IMG/VR virus record: IMGVR_UViG_3300013426_000016
Span: 139,857 to 203,856 of that record
Length of the DNA: 64,000 nt
From: a virus
Lineage: Duplodnaviria; Caudoviricetes
Strand: one strand, 5' to 3'
A model generated the notes under the pieces. The model did no database searches. It was given only the letters and a program-made list of their open reading frames with translations, and had not been told where the DNA came from. The position numbers and the translations under genes are program-made. Position 1 is the first letter of the stretch; each line of letters starts with the position of its first letter. Below, in pieces: positions 1-13,252 of the stretch.

Positions 1-393
1 ATATTCTGCAAGTTTTGAAACTGGACGTCTTACATATGTCGTATTCTGCGTCCCCCCATCTGCCCATTGCGCAATATAATAATCTGTACCAACAGGCACA
101 CTTTCTCCTGTATCTAATTTATTAATCGCAGCAGATAAATCTGTTATGCCAAGCCCTTGTCCAGTATTCCCCAGTCCCCCTTGTCCATCCACATCTACAG
201 CTAAAGTAAAAATATCTTCTTTGCTCGTTACCGATAAATACTTATCACTAACGGCCAATAACAGCTGATTTTCCTCATTTATCTTCCAATATATCTTATT
301 ACCATCTATAGAGAGACCCGTCACAAAGGATGGGCAATTCTCTATAGCATTTCCATGCATATTTATACCATTTAAAAAATCTGTTTTTGCCAT
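1..393 (-). CDS. Putative tail-associated protein, runs off window start
   Basis: ATG at 393 (MAKTDFLNGINMHGNAIEN), open to position 1; N-terminus resembles that of the upstream tail gene (MSQFLTDINLFNHEIKN). Confidence 0.6.
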   Translation of the reverse strand, partial: MAKTDFLNGINMHGNAIENCPSFVTGLSIDGNKIYWKINEENQLLLAVSDKYLSVTSKEDIFTLAVDVDGQGGLGNTGQGLGITDLSAAINKLDTGESVPVGTDYYIAQWADGGTQNTTYVRRPVSKLAEY

Positions 394-394
394 A

Positions 395-2053
395 CTATGA
401 AGTTGTATAGAAAGTTTTTATTACCAATTTATTTGTTGTGCTTAAAGTTACTCCGGACCAAGAAACTGTTGCTTTATTTGCAGCAGTAGAATCTAACAGA
501 ATACTACAAAAACATTCTATTCCATTGAGGTATGTTTTAATAGTCTTAATTTTATAAGTACTAATAAGTGTAATAGCCTTTGATGTGCCAGCAGTTAAAG
601 TTTCCTCTTGACATTTGATAGAAGTTTTATCTGCATTAGAAACTGCTGTACTTATAGCAGTGTTAATTCCAGAAAGTTTTAATCCCCCTGTTCCTACAGT
701 AAGATAACTTTCAGAAGCACTGTCTATTTTTACTGAAACAGTGTTGCTACTAACAGAAATACCATTTCCTGCAACAATAGAAGTTAAGAAACTAGCCCAA
801 CCACTTACTTTAATTTCTTGACCTGCTATACTTATAGTACCCGCAGTAGAGCCAGTAGCAATAGGAATAGAAACAATCTTACTAGAGTCTCCAGTATAAG
901 ATTTATTTCCTACCTTTATTGTTTCTATAGTATTTACCTGTGCCCCCTCAGCAATACCATTTAGTTTTGTTACAAGATCATCTGTAATACCAGAGTTAAT
1001 AGCACTCCACTGAGTTGCTGTAAAAGAAGAATTATTCAGCACATATTCTTTTTTCCAAACATACTCTTCGTTTTCTACTGTATATTTATATCTAGCGTAC
1101 TCCGGATTCCCATCTGAACTTGTTTCTATAACAAAAGCATAATCATTAATTTTAAGATCAGAAATATCCTCTGTAGTAGGCAAATCCGATACTTTTTCAT
1201 AAGTACCTCTAAAGGTAGCTGTATTAGTGCTTACAGAGCTATTAATTTGATCTGTAACCCAAGATTGATCAGCTAACTTATTGGTCTTAGATGCTGTAGT
1301 TGGAATTTTAGATTTTATATCTGTAATTCCAGTAGTAAGAGCATTTAACTGATCGGTTAAAAGATTAATATCACTTATTTCTAATGTAGGGAGGTGAAGT
1401 TTAGCTATTTTATATTCTTTATAAAAAGCAATATCCTCATTGGTATCTACATTATCATTTCGCAGAGATTCCCAAACTAAAGCCAGAGATGTACCTCCAC
1501 CGCTTCCAGCAGTATCATCTTTACCCCTAGCACTAATAAACTTGTCTGAGTAAAATCCAGCATTAGTGTGAATATTACCGTCTTTATCTATTTCAAAATA
1601 AGGTTTGACTGCTCCGGTAGAAGGATTTTCTGGAAGATCGAATGTTATTGTTCCTCCTATAGATTTGTCACCATCAAAAGAATTTCCTCAAAGATTTACT
1701 GCTTCTTTTAGTTTAAGTGCTGTTTTTGCAGAACCGTTATCAAAGTATCCTTGTACTGTCTCTAAAGCCATTTTAGAAGCAACGTCTGAAATATTAATTG
1801 TGCCATCAGCGTCAGCTTTCCAAGTATCTACTTTTTCTCCATTTTTTTGTATAGTAAGAGTACCTATATTAGGTATATCTGAAGTAAATGCAAAGGTTTT
1901 TGCTACATTATCGGTGATTCCTCCGTAGTATTTACCACCAACATAGACAACTCTTCCTGCAAGCAAAGTACCTGGAACCTCAGTGAGAGTATCTATTTTA
2001 AAGTTTTTTATTTCGTGGTTAAATAAATTTATATCTGTTAAAAATTGTGACAT
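395..2053 (-). CDS. Tail fibre-like protein, 552 aa with TGA=Trp
   Basis: ORFs 1688-2053 and 395-1183 share a frame and join through one TGA (VNL-W-GNSFDG); Ser/Thr/Gly-rich with a SARGKD module. Confidence 0.75.
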
Positions 2054-2057
2054 ACTG

Positions 2058-5000
2058 TTATACTATATAAACTCTTCCTGAGGATAGAGAATCCCCGCCT
2101 CAAGAAAGAGAAAGATTATTTTCATCTGTATATGTAATTCTTACAAACACTTCTTCTCCTTTAGAATCGATTGTTGTTACAGAAGGTCTTTTTCCTAAAT
2201 TATGACTTATGTTCATAATATAAGTAACTCCGTCTTCTTGTAACGTTCCATTTATAAGATATTCTTGGCTAAAAGCTGTGCCTGTAGGTAAATTTTCTTT
2301 TGGTATTTTATTGTTCTCATCTAAAGTGGGAACATTTATATTTCCTTCTCCAAGTAAAGACTCATTATTAATTGTCTTTATATTAGAACCACTGACAAGT
2401 TTTTCTTGCTTAGCTGCTAGAGTGTTACCAAGATTTAAAATCTTTTCTATTGGAATACCTTCTGGTATATGTGCAACATTAATAGTTACATCTAAAAAAG
2501 GATCCTGGTTTCTTTGTAATGCAGCTCACATTTCATCCTCTGAAAAACTTCCTCCACTTCCACCAGAACTTCCTCCAGCATCTTTACCACGAGCAGAAAT
2601 AAATCCTTCAGCCCATAAGCCAGAATAAATAGGATTTAACTTTAAAGTCTTCGTACCATCTGTTTCTGTCTGTATTAAGAACATTTCAGAAGCAGTATTT
2701 CAAGTAGTTTTATCAGCTTCAGTTAATAAAGAATAATTCTCAGCAAAAGTAAGTTCTAATGTGCCACTACTTGTAATAGGACTTCCTTCAACAACAAATC
2801 CTTCTGGAACAGAAAGCGCAACACTAGTTACAGTTCCTTCTGGAATAGTAGGTTTATTAACAAGATCATTATAGTCTCCAGTAGTAGCTACTGTTGCAAG
2901 ATCACTTAAAGATACTTTACTAGAAATAAGAGTATTTAAATCAGATAGAGTTTTAGATAGATTATTAATTTTATCCATACTTAATGTTGGAATATGACCA
3001 GCATCAATAGTATGATTTATAAAATCACCTTCATTTTTCTCTAAAGCTGCCCACATAGCTGCTTCAGAAAATCCACTACCACTTCCTCCAGCGGTAGTAT
3101 CCTGCCCTCTAGCAGATAAATATCCTTCTGTTCATAATCCTTTATATTTAGGATTTAATTTTATAGAATTATCCTCTTGGATTAAGAACATTTCAGATAA
3201 AGTATCTATAGTTGTTTTATCATCCTCGGTAAGTAAAGAATAACCACTCGATAATGATACCCCTATAGTACCAGAAGAAGTTATAGGAGAATTTGTTACA
3301 CTAAAGCCTGTAGGCATAGAGAGTCCCACACTAGTAACAGTTCCTTTGGGTCCTGCATTAATAGCGTCGCTAATAGTTTGTAAATCCCTCTCTAAGTTTT
3401 CAATATGACTTTGGGGAACATTCTGTATGTGAGCATTATCAATAGCAGTACTATTATATGCATCCTCTACTGCATTTGTTAGAGACTTCCATACTGCATC
3501 TATATTTGTTCCTCCCCCACTACTACCCCCACTGGTATCTTGGCCTCTAGCAGATAAATAACCATTAGTCCAAGTACTATAATTAAACTCAACAGAGTCT
3601 ATTTCAGAAGTATCCTCACCATTAGTATCTTTCTTAAAGTGTATAGTAAAGATTTTACTCCAAAAACCAAACTCAGCTTGTACAGAGAGAAACATGCCCA
3701 CTATCTGAGAAACCAGGGTATCTCCCATAGTTACATCATCGCTAATAGTTAGTTTAAATTCTCCATCAGCGTCTTTTCCTCAAGAAATCAATCCTCCTCC
3801 TACTCCACCATAACCATTTTCATCCCAATATATGTTTCCGCCCGCTTCATAGCCAGAACCATCGTGTCTAAATATGGTCATGGCATAATCGTCTGCATCA
3901 TAGGTAAAAGTAGAATCTTTTTCCGCTTTTGCTTTTAGGACATCTAAATCTTCCATAGGTCCACCATACCAAGCAGCAATAGCTTTAGGATTATAAACTC
4001 CATCTACAGTGTCTATACCACTTATACCAGCAGTAAGTATATTTTTACCTTCAGAATCAACTCCTTTCGTATTTCCCAAGCCTATTCAATTAGTAAGAAT
4101 AAGACCTCCAGAAATAGTAGTAGTTCCCTTTTCAAGGGCTTCTTTTATATAACCATAATTATCATTTAAATAGGTCTGAGCAGCTTTATATATAGCCTGT
4201 TCTATATATTGATTTGTTTTCTCTACTTCTGTGCTATATGCTCCTAAAGCCGAATTAAAGCTATTATATGCTGTCTCATAAGCTGTAACTAAAGTAGCTA
4301 AATTAGAATTAGTTTCATTAACCTTAGTAGGACCTTCATTTATAATAGCTTGTACAGCAGCTTTTAATACTTGGTAAGCTCCTGTATTTTCTTTATATAA
4401 AACTAAGAAAGCATTTGTTAAGGCTTCTTTTGTCGCAGTTGCTTCAGTAGTTCCTAAATACTCATTTTTAATAAGAGTTCCATAACTATTAACAACATCT
4501 TGCATTTCACTAGCAAGAGTTTTTAAATAAGTTTCTAAAGAACTTATTTCATCTAAAGTAAGAACTCCATCCTTTAAAGCAGTACTTAAATAATTATTTA
4601 TCTTTCCAGCAGCACTGCTAGCTTCTCCTGCTTCTTTCTTTGCTTCTCGTGCAATTAAAATAGCTTCTGCTGAAGCGTGATCCGCAACTTCCACCCATTG
4701 GTAGGTTCCGTCTTTAACTGTAAATCGATATGCAGAACCTTGTAAAGTACCCTCTACTATATAATATAAATCACCGTAATGGGCATTATATGTATCATCA
4801 TAATCAGCAACCACATAAGCAGTACCGTTCCATTTAAATGTAATGCTTTGGTAGCTTCCTATAGTTCTTATTTTGTAGTAAGTATTTGTATCTGGAACTA
4901 TAGCGTTTCCAGAACTGTCTTTTAACCAAGTAGCAGATTTTTCAGTTGCGCCTTCTACTATATAGGCATCTAAGCAAGGATACCATTTATTTGCTGGCCA

Positions 5001-6182
5001 AGAACTTAAAGTAGGTAAAGCATGCTTACTTGCAGCTGGATTATCATTTTCTTCATCATCTGAAAACCAAGCTTGTACTTCATCATCTATTTGCTTTTGT
5101 AAGTTCTCCAGCATATTATATGTATTACCGCCAGTAATATTAACTTGGCCAGTAATAGTCAAACCTGTATCTGGATGATAATCTAGAAATTCACTTCCTT
5201 TGCCTATATGGAAAGCTCCATTTAAAAAGTCTAAGTACTGTAAGCCATCAGCAGTCTTAAATACATAAGCTGTGATTTGTCCAGGGAGGATTTCTGTAAA
5301 GCCGTTCATGTACCCCACACTCCTGTCTCCATCTGTAGCAGAAGTAATTATAGCACATAAAAGATAATAATCATTCCCCACTTCAGATTCAAAAGAGGTT
5401 TGTGAAAGTACAAATTCTCCAACTCCAGAACCTTTAAGGTCTTGATTATTTGCTATAGCTTCTTTTATTTCATCGTCTGTATATGGATTTCCAGAAGCAT
5501 TTAAATATTTAGGAACTTTTATATACAAATAATAAGAAGCATCTGGATTATCGAAAAATAGTCTTGTGTCTTTATATGTTTTACCAGAAACAACTCTTTC
5601 TATATCACCTTTAATTGCCCATCTTGCATAATAACGATAGTCGAGATTTGGTTGTACTGCTTCTGGTCCGTCTAATTTAGTATGTAATATATAACATTCT
5701 GGGCAAGTAAGTGTTTCTGAAACAACATTTACTCCTGGAGCAACAACTAAAAAACCGTCTTTTGTAGTACCAGTAACTGGTTTAAGGTTTGATACAAAAT
5801 TATATTGTAAGTTCTCAGAACCTACAACTAATTGCATTGTACTAACTGTTATAGGATTTATAGATTCTGTAAATCCTTCTAACTTAGCATCTTCTAATAA
5901 TCTTTTAGTTTCTTGTAAATCTTCCCAACCTCTTTTGGTAATATAATTATTTAAAGAAGCTTTTAAATAGGCTTTTGTCACATATTTAGAAAGATCTGGA
6001 GATTCTGGTATATTAATATCTGGCTCTACTGGCTGATTAATAATAGTAGTTGTTCCATTCTCTTGGTCTCTAAAATGTAATTCATAATACCTATCTGCTA
6101 CTTTAACATATACTTTACCAGCTGTTTCTAATACTAGGTTTTTATTCTTTTCTCCTAGTACGTCAGCATTATTTATACTCAT
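2058..6182 (-). CDS. Large tail/tail fibre protein, 1374 aa with TGA=Trp
   Basis: ORFs 4086-6182, 3780-4079, 3132-3728 and 2700-3056 are in one frame separated only by TGA; repeated W(T/A)xGx(L/I)SARG(Q/K)D and GTVTSVxLSxPxGF modules, with TGA aligned to TGG-Trp in sister repeats; TAA at 2058. Confidence 0.8.
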
Positions 6183-6802
6183 TATTCTATAAGTTTAACG
6201 TGTCTTTGTTCTTTATTTTCACAGTACGGATTCTGCTGAACAACTTCTACAGTAATTACAGTATGCTTCTTTTGGAAGAGTCTTGCCAACCAACATTTCT
6301 TTGGTGGATTTATAGTTTCTTTCTTAGCTGAAGCTATAATGATTTCTTCGTTCTTAAACGAGTAGTCTGTAATTATCTTATTCGGGTATTCTAATTGTAA
6401 GCGCATACTAGCTCACTGATCCGTTAAAGTAGTATCTATTTTAACCTCTTTTACAAAAATAGTATCCCTTATTAGGACACTATCTACTTTATTGGTTTGA
6501 GAAGCTATATATTGTAACTCCTTTATATTTTTATCTTTAATTCGTAAATCCTTCCTTACAGCATTTAATTTCTGTATTAAAGAGTCTTTACTATTATTTA
6601 ATTGATCTATAGTAAGTAAAAATTCTCTATTCTCCTTACTTATTTTTGAGTTTTCATATTCATATGCTTTAGCATTATTCGTTGCATATTCTAATTCTAT
6701 TTGTGTTTTCTTTAATCGACTTGTTGATATACTTGTATATACTCCAAATCCCACGCAAATGGCAAATAAAGCTAAAATAATATAGTTTTTTATTTTTTCC
6801 AT
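6182..6802 (-). CDS. N-terminal TM coiled-coil protein (spanin-like), TGA=Trp
   Basis: 6413-6850 and 6182-6406 join in frame through TGA (TDQ-W-ASM); hydrophobic N-terminus followed by a coiled coil. Confidence 0.6.
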
Positions 6803-6852
6803 GTATAAGTGTTTTGGAGCAAATATACAAATTTTTTTACCTATTTCCAAAC

Positions 6853-6886
6853 AAAAAAGGAGTGCAGTTATTCACTCCACTCCTTT
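6853..6886 (-). terminator. Intrinsic terminator
   Basis: AAAGGAGTG...CACTCCTTT hairpin followed by a T-tract on the minus strand. Confidence 0.55.
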
Positions 6887-6890
6887 ATAA

Positions 6891-7085
6891 TTAAATTAAA
6901 ACGATATCAACAATCTCTTCTATTTCCTCTGCACTTAATTGGGTATTATTTATATAGTATAATATACCAAGTATACCAAATAAATGACAGATTCTTTTCG
7001 TATTATACGTGTATCCTATCTCAAGATCTTTTAACTCTTTTAAATAGGTATCTAAGTAATGTTTTTTAAGCTTTTCCACAACCAC
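6891..7085 (-). CDS. Hypothetical protein
   Basis: 64 aa ORF overlapping the upstream gene in the operon. Confidence 0.55.
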   Translation of the reverse strand: MVVEKLKKHYLDTYLKELKDLEIGYTYNTKRICHLFGILGILYYINNTQLSAEEIEEIVDIVLI

Positions 7086-7773
7086 AGTCTGTATTTTCTA
7101 TTTCTTCTTTTCCACAGACGCTACCACAACTCATAACTGTATCTAGGACACGCTGTGCATCGGAGAGTTTATTTTGGTCTACTAGCATTTCTACTGCATA
7201 TAAGCTCTCAAGGAGAAATTTAAGTTCATAATTCTCTTGCTTAATACACCCAAAATCACAGCCTTGTTTTTTAAACTCCTGTATTTCTGCCTTTAAATGC
7301 TCTAGAACACAGTTCTTTAATGCACAATAAGAAAATATAGAAGCTTTTCCAGAATAAATATCTGACTGCTCTGTATCAAGTAAAACAGAATAATCTTCTA
7401 TTAAAACCAAACTATCTTTATCGACAGAAGAAAGATCGGCTTCTGAGAAATATACCTCGTTATCTAAAATAAAATATTTATTTTCAACTTTATATGCAGA
7501 ACCTTCTTTATAAGTTTCTATAGAAGGTACAAGCACCCGAACCATACTCTGTAGGCCATTAAGACCTTCAAAGGGTTCTGAAGTTTTTAAAATAGAGTCC
7601 TCATTACTTGTAATTGGAGTAACTCGTTGCTCTACAACTGCATCGTCTTGTTCAACATATTCTACTAAAGAAAATTTGCTAACGTCAGTGAGAGAAGCGT
7701 AATTACTACTATCTTCCAAATAAATTTCACAACTAGGAGTACTCTTTAAGGTAAGAACTAATTGTTTATCCAT
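7066..7773 (-). CDS. Hypothetical structural-region protein with Cys-rich C-terminus
   Basis: 235 aa ORF directly after the portal gene. Confidence 0.7.
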   Translation of the reverse strand: MDKQLVLTLKSTPSCEIYLEDSSNYASLTDVSKFSLVEYVEQDDAVVEQRVTPITSNEDSILKTSEPFEGLNGLQSMVRVLVPSIETYKEGSAYKVENKYFILDNEVYFSEADLSSVDKDSLVLIEDYSVLLDTEQSDIYSGKASIFSYCALKNCVLEHLKAEIQEFKKQGCDFGCIKQENYELKFLLESLYAVEMLVDQNKLSDAQRVLDTVMSCGSVCGKEEIENTDCGCGKA

Positions 7774-10199
7774 TATGCTTCTTTAATTTTATCATTATAT
7801 GGGTTATTATCATTTAACTGAGCATACTCAAGTTCAGTTTGCTTTTCTTTATTTGCAGCAATTCTATCATTATAAGTTTTGTCATTAAATACTTTCTGAG
7901 TATCAAGATCAAGTCTCTTCTGCTCAAGAGCCAGCTTTTCAGAACTATTCTTTTCAACTTCTTTCTGTAATTTATTATTATTATCAGTAAGAGAGTTAAT
8001 TTGCTTAGAAGCCTCTTGTAATTGCTGTGACATTTCTTGTAATTTCTGTTGTAATTGCTGAATTATATTATTCTCTTTCTTCTTAGCAGAAACCGCAGAG
8101 TTAACATAACTCTTAAGTTCAGTAAGATTCTTAGCTGAAATAATATTAATCATCATTTCTGGATCAGCTTGTCCAGATTTTACAAGCTCTATACTTATTT
8201 GCTTAAGCTCATTAATCTTTTGGAAAACCTCTGTACTATCCTGTATGTGTATATCAAAATCAGTCATAGTGTAATACTCAGGTAAAGTAGTATATATTTG
8301 GTTTAACTCTAAACCATTAATAAGAGTACCACAAATTCCTGTTTTAAAGGCTATTTTAGCTTGGTTTAACAAATCATAATTAACTTCTTTATAAAGAAGA
8401 TCCATCGCTGAAAAATACTGCTTTGTAAGCAAAGTAGACTGTCTAATTCCTACTTTTACATTACTAACAGCATCTCTTTGTTGTATTCCTCCCAGTTTCT
8501 CTGCAAATACACCAGTAATAGAACTAGCTTGCTGCTCTATACTTTCTAGTACATACTGAAAAGCTTGTATACACTGAGCTTTAATAGTATCGTCATACCC
8601 ATTAAAAGTAGTATTAATTAATTGGCTCCCTTCTTGTGAAGAGTCGAATAATGCTACTCCTTGTTTTTTATATGCCATCCACATTTGTACTCTATCCGGT
8701 AGTTCTTCGCCAAGATAAGTAGGTAAATGGGCAGCATCCAACCAATCTCCAACAGTTCCAGAAGAAGCAATTAAACTATCCCTGTAGAAGATGGTAAGAT
8801 CATATCTCGTTTTGTTCACGTAGTTTCGCTAAGACTACGCCGCTTTCGCTGCTGCATATTTCTATGCAGTCCAGACTATATCATAACATTTCTGTTTCCC
8901 GTGCTTCGTAACGCTTGTTACTATAATTAGTCGTTGAACCTTCCCCAAAAAAGGGCTCGGCTGCTGGTTGTCTTCGTCTTTTCTCGTTAAGAGTTCCCAG
9001 CAATTCTCGGGATTTACCCAGGACTAGATAAGTCAATCCTGCAAGTCCATAGTACTCAACATAATACTAAATGGCATTCCATTCTTATCTTCAAAGAAAA
9101 TACCATTTATAGAAAGAGAACATTCTTTAGGATTACTAATACTTCTTATAACAGTTTTAGATTCTCCTCGTACTATGTATATTTCTCCTCCTATACGAAC
9201 TCCTTCATGCCTATAAAGAGTACCCTCTTTATATTCAAGCCATTCACATTCGTAAACTTCCCAAACTTTAGCATTGGTAATTATTCTATCCTTATTTTGC
9301 ATAGGATATACTTCCAAACCGCCTAAAATACCAGGAGCTTTTCTACAGTCAAATTCTCCTTTCTCATTATATGGAGAGTATGCAACCGTAGTAACATAAT
9401 GGTCAGTTAGTCTATTTGTCGAAGAACTTTCTTTTAAAATCTCTTTTGCTTCTGAAGAAAGTTCATCTCCAAACTCAGCAAGAATTTGTTCTCTATTTAA
9501 ATATCTACGAATAACCGCTCTTGGAGATTTATTTAAATAATACTCATTAGGATTTCTTTCTATAAAGGTATCTAATGGATTTAATATCTCTAACTTAATA
9601 GCTCCATTTTCAGTTGCTTTCGTACGATAATAACAAACTCCAGAAATAAGAAGGTCTGTTAATAACTCCCTCATCTTATTTTTTAAATCTATATTTCTAG
9701 AGTTTTTAATATAATTTAAAATATTTTGTGCCGCTATCTCATATTGAGAAACATAGTTTTTAGAAACATCTTCCTTAATTTGATTAATTTCTTCTTCATA
9801 ATAAGGATCATTTACAGCACTCTTATTTTCTAAGAAGATTTGGATTAAAGCATTTTTAAGTTTCGCTTTAAAGTGCTCTAAAACTGCGGCATCTATCTTT
9901 AATTGTTTGTCTCTCATTATATCTGAAACTGTCTTCCTGTCCTTACAAGAGATCTGTAGTTCTGGATCGAGTTCCAAATACTCTCCCACTAAAACATCTA
10001 TATGCTTCTTTATTAAAGGAGTAAATCCTATAGAAGTAGGAGTACCGAGACCATAATTATCTTCTAGATGCTTGAACTGCTCTTTGTCTCTAGTACAGTG
10101 GTAGTAATTATAAGCTTTCCTTAATTGTACTTTATCATATACTAATTCAGAAATACAAGCATTAATTTTTTCTATTTCTTTGTCTTTATTCATAATCAC
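7773..10199 (-). CDS. Portal protein, two exons (10199-9036, 8807-7773), ~732 aa
   Basis: Lies downstream of terminase; crAss-like portal features (PLIKKHIDVLVGEY, DLLISG, GIRQSTLLTKQYF, C-terminal coiled coil); splicing restores MDLQD|RYDL. Confidence 0.85.
8808..9035 (-). ncRNA. Group I intron, 228 nt, no homing endonuclease
   Basis: Core elements AATTGCTGGGAA, CAGCAG, GTTCAACGACTA, GATATAGTCT; 5' exon ends in U, intron ends in G; IGS TATCTAGTCC pairs with both exons. Confidence 0.92.
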
Positions 10200-10461
10200 T
10201 ATCCGCTTGTTCTAATATTGTTTTATAAAAAGACACATAATTAAGAGTTCTAGTTCTTATTTCTTTCGTAATAAAAGCTAGAAACTCTTCTTCTGTGCCT
10301 TGCATTCCCATAATAATAGGGGAGTGTTCAGTATCTAAATACATAAAAAGAGTTCTAAGTGTTCCACCAGGTAAATCCTCAGTTTCTACTTTAATTTTAC
10401 CTATGTATTTACACTTCATATTCTCTTCTATAATATTTCGTATTTGTGTTTCTATATTCAT
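10186..10461 (-). CDS. Hypothetical protein between terminase and portal
   Basis: 91 aa ORF abutting both neighbours. Confidence 0.7.
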   Translation of the reverse strand: MNIETQIRNIIEENMKCKYIGKIKVETEDLPGGTLRTLFMYLDTEHSPIIMGMQGTEEEFLAFITKEIRTRTLNYVSFYKTILEQADSDYE

Positions 10462-10463
10462 AT

Positions 10464-12671
10464 TTAAGTAGGTATAACGCCTCTACGTTTAATACCATTT
10501 TCGTCTGTATATCATCCGAAGTTTTTCCACTGAGAAGCAGTTGCTTGTACAGTAGATGGAGTTATTCCAGTCATATCCTCGTCTCCCAGCTCAACCATCT
10601 GCAACGCTGCTATAATATCGAACTTTCTCTTATACTCATAAGAGTAATTCAACATTTGCTCTAGCATTTCTTTAAAGTCTATAGTATGCCAGAAATCATT
10701 AATAAAGCTGCCAACTAATTCAAGACCGTGATTAATAACTGCTTCTGTAGAAGGTACACCTATAAGCTGCTTACCTGTATTTCTTTTATTTGTTACTGCG
10801 AAATCTGGACGTTTCATAAACAAATGGCCCATATTCCTGTCTCTAAAGTAAGTTTGTATAGAGATTTTCGTATACTCAAGTAATGCCTTACAATTATACC
10901 AAACTAGCAATTTCATAGCCATATCATAAGCCTTACGTATATCATCTGGACGTTCTTTATACATAGCTACGTATCTAGGTTCATTTAACCCAAAGACTCT
11001 CTTCTTAATTACTATACAGAAATCTGATACATCTTTACTTGTAGCAGAGTCTCTAGAACCCATATCGATAGCATCTATACCAGCAACATAAAGATTTTTA
11101 TATGGTTTGCCTTCAGCATCTAAAAGAGGGGGTTCTACAACAAATAAGTTAGATGAAGCACTTTCTACAGCCTTAACCTTAGAGTATTCTTTGCCAGCAG
11201 TATTATCCCATAAAAGTTGTGTTCTAATCGGCTTAATATAATTATTGTTTGTTTGTATCTGCACTAACCTTTCGGAAATAGCAGCTGCATCGAACATGTT
11301 TCCAGCATGCTTAGAAAGTGCCTCTCTAGGTGTAAAACAGTGCTCAGCGCATTCATTTAAGTAGTCTTTATCAGTTAACTTAGAACGCTGAGCATCATAG
11401 TATTTTTTAAATTCTTTATAATTAGTAACTCCTCTTTTATCTAAGTACTTGCTCACCAAAGCAAATTTATGAGCAGGTATAAAGAAGCCGGATAGCTCTG
11501 GTTTTCCATCGTCAGTATCTACATTCTTAAATTTCAGAACATTATAGCCATCCGGATTATTAAATATATTTTTTAATCCTTCGAGAGAAATATCGTCTCC
11601 ACCAGTTCCGACTGCTATTCTGGTTCCGAAATGTTCGCCTCCTAAGGAAACAAGAGCGTCTCCTTTAATCCAAGATTCTGTAAGTTTCGGCGCTGAACCA
11701 GCCTCATCATAAATAAGTCTATCAATTCGCTGTCCTCTGACTTTATCAGAAGTATCCGCTACTACAGTATTAATTTGTGACATCCATCCATACTCAATTC
11801 CATCTGGAGTCTTTAAAGATGCTCTTTTTGTATCATTATTATTTACTGCCAAACGAGCATGCCTCATTCCTCCTCCAGTATTCATATTTAGTCAGTCTAA
11901 CTGTTTTCATACTTTTTCTCTTAAAGGGGCAAGTTTATTTTCAGCAGCACAAGTAAGCATTACATTATATCCTTTATTTGTAGTATATGGACGTACTGCA
12001 AGAGATGCTAACATCTCGCTAGCGCCCAAACCACGGGCTTTTAATAGACAAGCGTCTTTATGTAGCTTCTCGGCCATTTCCAAATAATGGAAAAATTCAT
12101 ACTGCTTGGAGAGAAATCCAGGGAAAGATTCTGCACGTCCAGTACCAGAAATAGCGCCTTCTTTAATTACAAACATTCTATAGTAATTAATAAAGAAGTA
12201 ATGATCACCAGTAATACGATATTTTCCAACTGTATAGCCCTCTCTACATCTTCTAAACTCTTCTGTTCAGAAATCTTTATTTGCTTTACTTCCTTTAGGA
12301 AACTCGGTATATTTACCAGTCCTGTTATAGGTCTCGCCTCTTTCTCTAAATGGAGTAGGATCGAAATCAAGTCCTTCTTCCAAATTAATAGGCCTATAGC
12401 CAGTTATTTCATAAGAAAGATCCGGATCAAAATACTGTATCTCTTCAGTTAAAGGAACATCTCATTCTTCATTTGGACGCTTTTTATGCACAAATACAGC
12501 AGTATTTAAGTAAGTATCCTGGGCTTCTTCTTGCTTTCCAGATTCTTCAAATAACTGTTTCTTTAATTCCTCTTCCCACTTTTCACTGAAAGAAGGTAAG
12601 GCTGGTTTCTCTTCCTTTTTTGGTTGTTCCTTAGAAGCGAAATCCTTATAAGTAGGTAATCTTCTAGGCAT
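10464..12671 (-). CDS. terL: Terminase large subunit, 735 aa with five in-frame TGA=Trp
   Basis: One frame from 12671 to TAA 10464; LKARGLGAS Walker A, YDEAG Walker B, AGIDAID nuclease motif; TGA at Trp-type positions (DF-W-TEEFRRC, FG-W-YTDENG). Confidence 0.93.
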
Positions 12672-12673
12672 AA

Positions 12674-13252
12674 TTAAGCATCAAATATTCCAAGTTCACT
12701 ATCTCCACGTACCTTTGCACCAGCTTCTGCAAGATTCTTTTTATGTGTAACTTCAAGCTCTTGTAACTGAGTACGCATCTTAGCAATTCCACCTAAGTCA
12801 GCAATAACGTCTTTTGGTTTATTTAAAGGTCTTCCTTCAGAATCAACTTCTTCAAAATCAATATTATCAAGATGAACTTGCATTTTATGTAGAGTTTTAT
12901 ATGCTGTTTTAATAAGTGCTAAGATAGGATCTGCGTCTTGCATTTCTTGGTATTTGTGATAAGCATTTAAGAAAGCTTCATCTTTAAGATCGTTCTCTGT
13001 TAAACCAGAGTCAATCAAAGCAGCAGAGTGCTTGTCACGTTCCAAATACTGAAAATAAGGAGATTTAAAATCTAGCACCAAATATATGTAAGTAAATTCT
13101 TTATACGCTTTTAATCGCAACTTTCCAGTCTTATCTTCTTTGCATTTATTTCTACTTACATCTCATAAATCTTTAAACTCTTTTACAAGTAAAATGCTAT
13201 ATTCATCTATCCTTAAAACATTTTCAGTATTATCAAATATGAAAACGTTCAT
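12674..13252 (-). CDS. Conserved protein upstream of terL (possible small terminase), TGA=Trp
   Basis: ATG 13252 overlaps the upstream stop; one TGA (KDL-W-DV); 192 aa. Confidence 0.6.

Noticed and set aside
7773-8819. Separate gene starting at GTG 8819
   Set aside because: The start lies inside the intron; this is portal exon 2
12167-12370. 67 aa ORF inside the terminase region
   Set aside because: Alternative frame within the continuous terL gene
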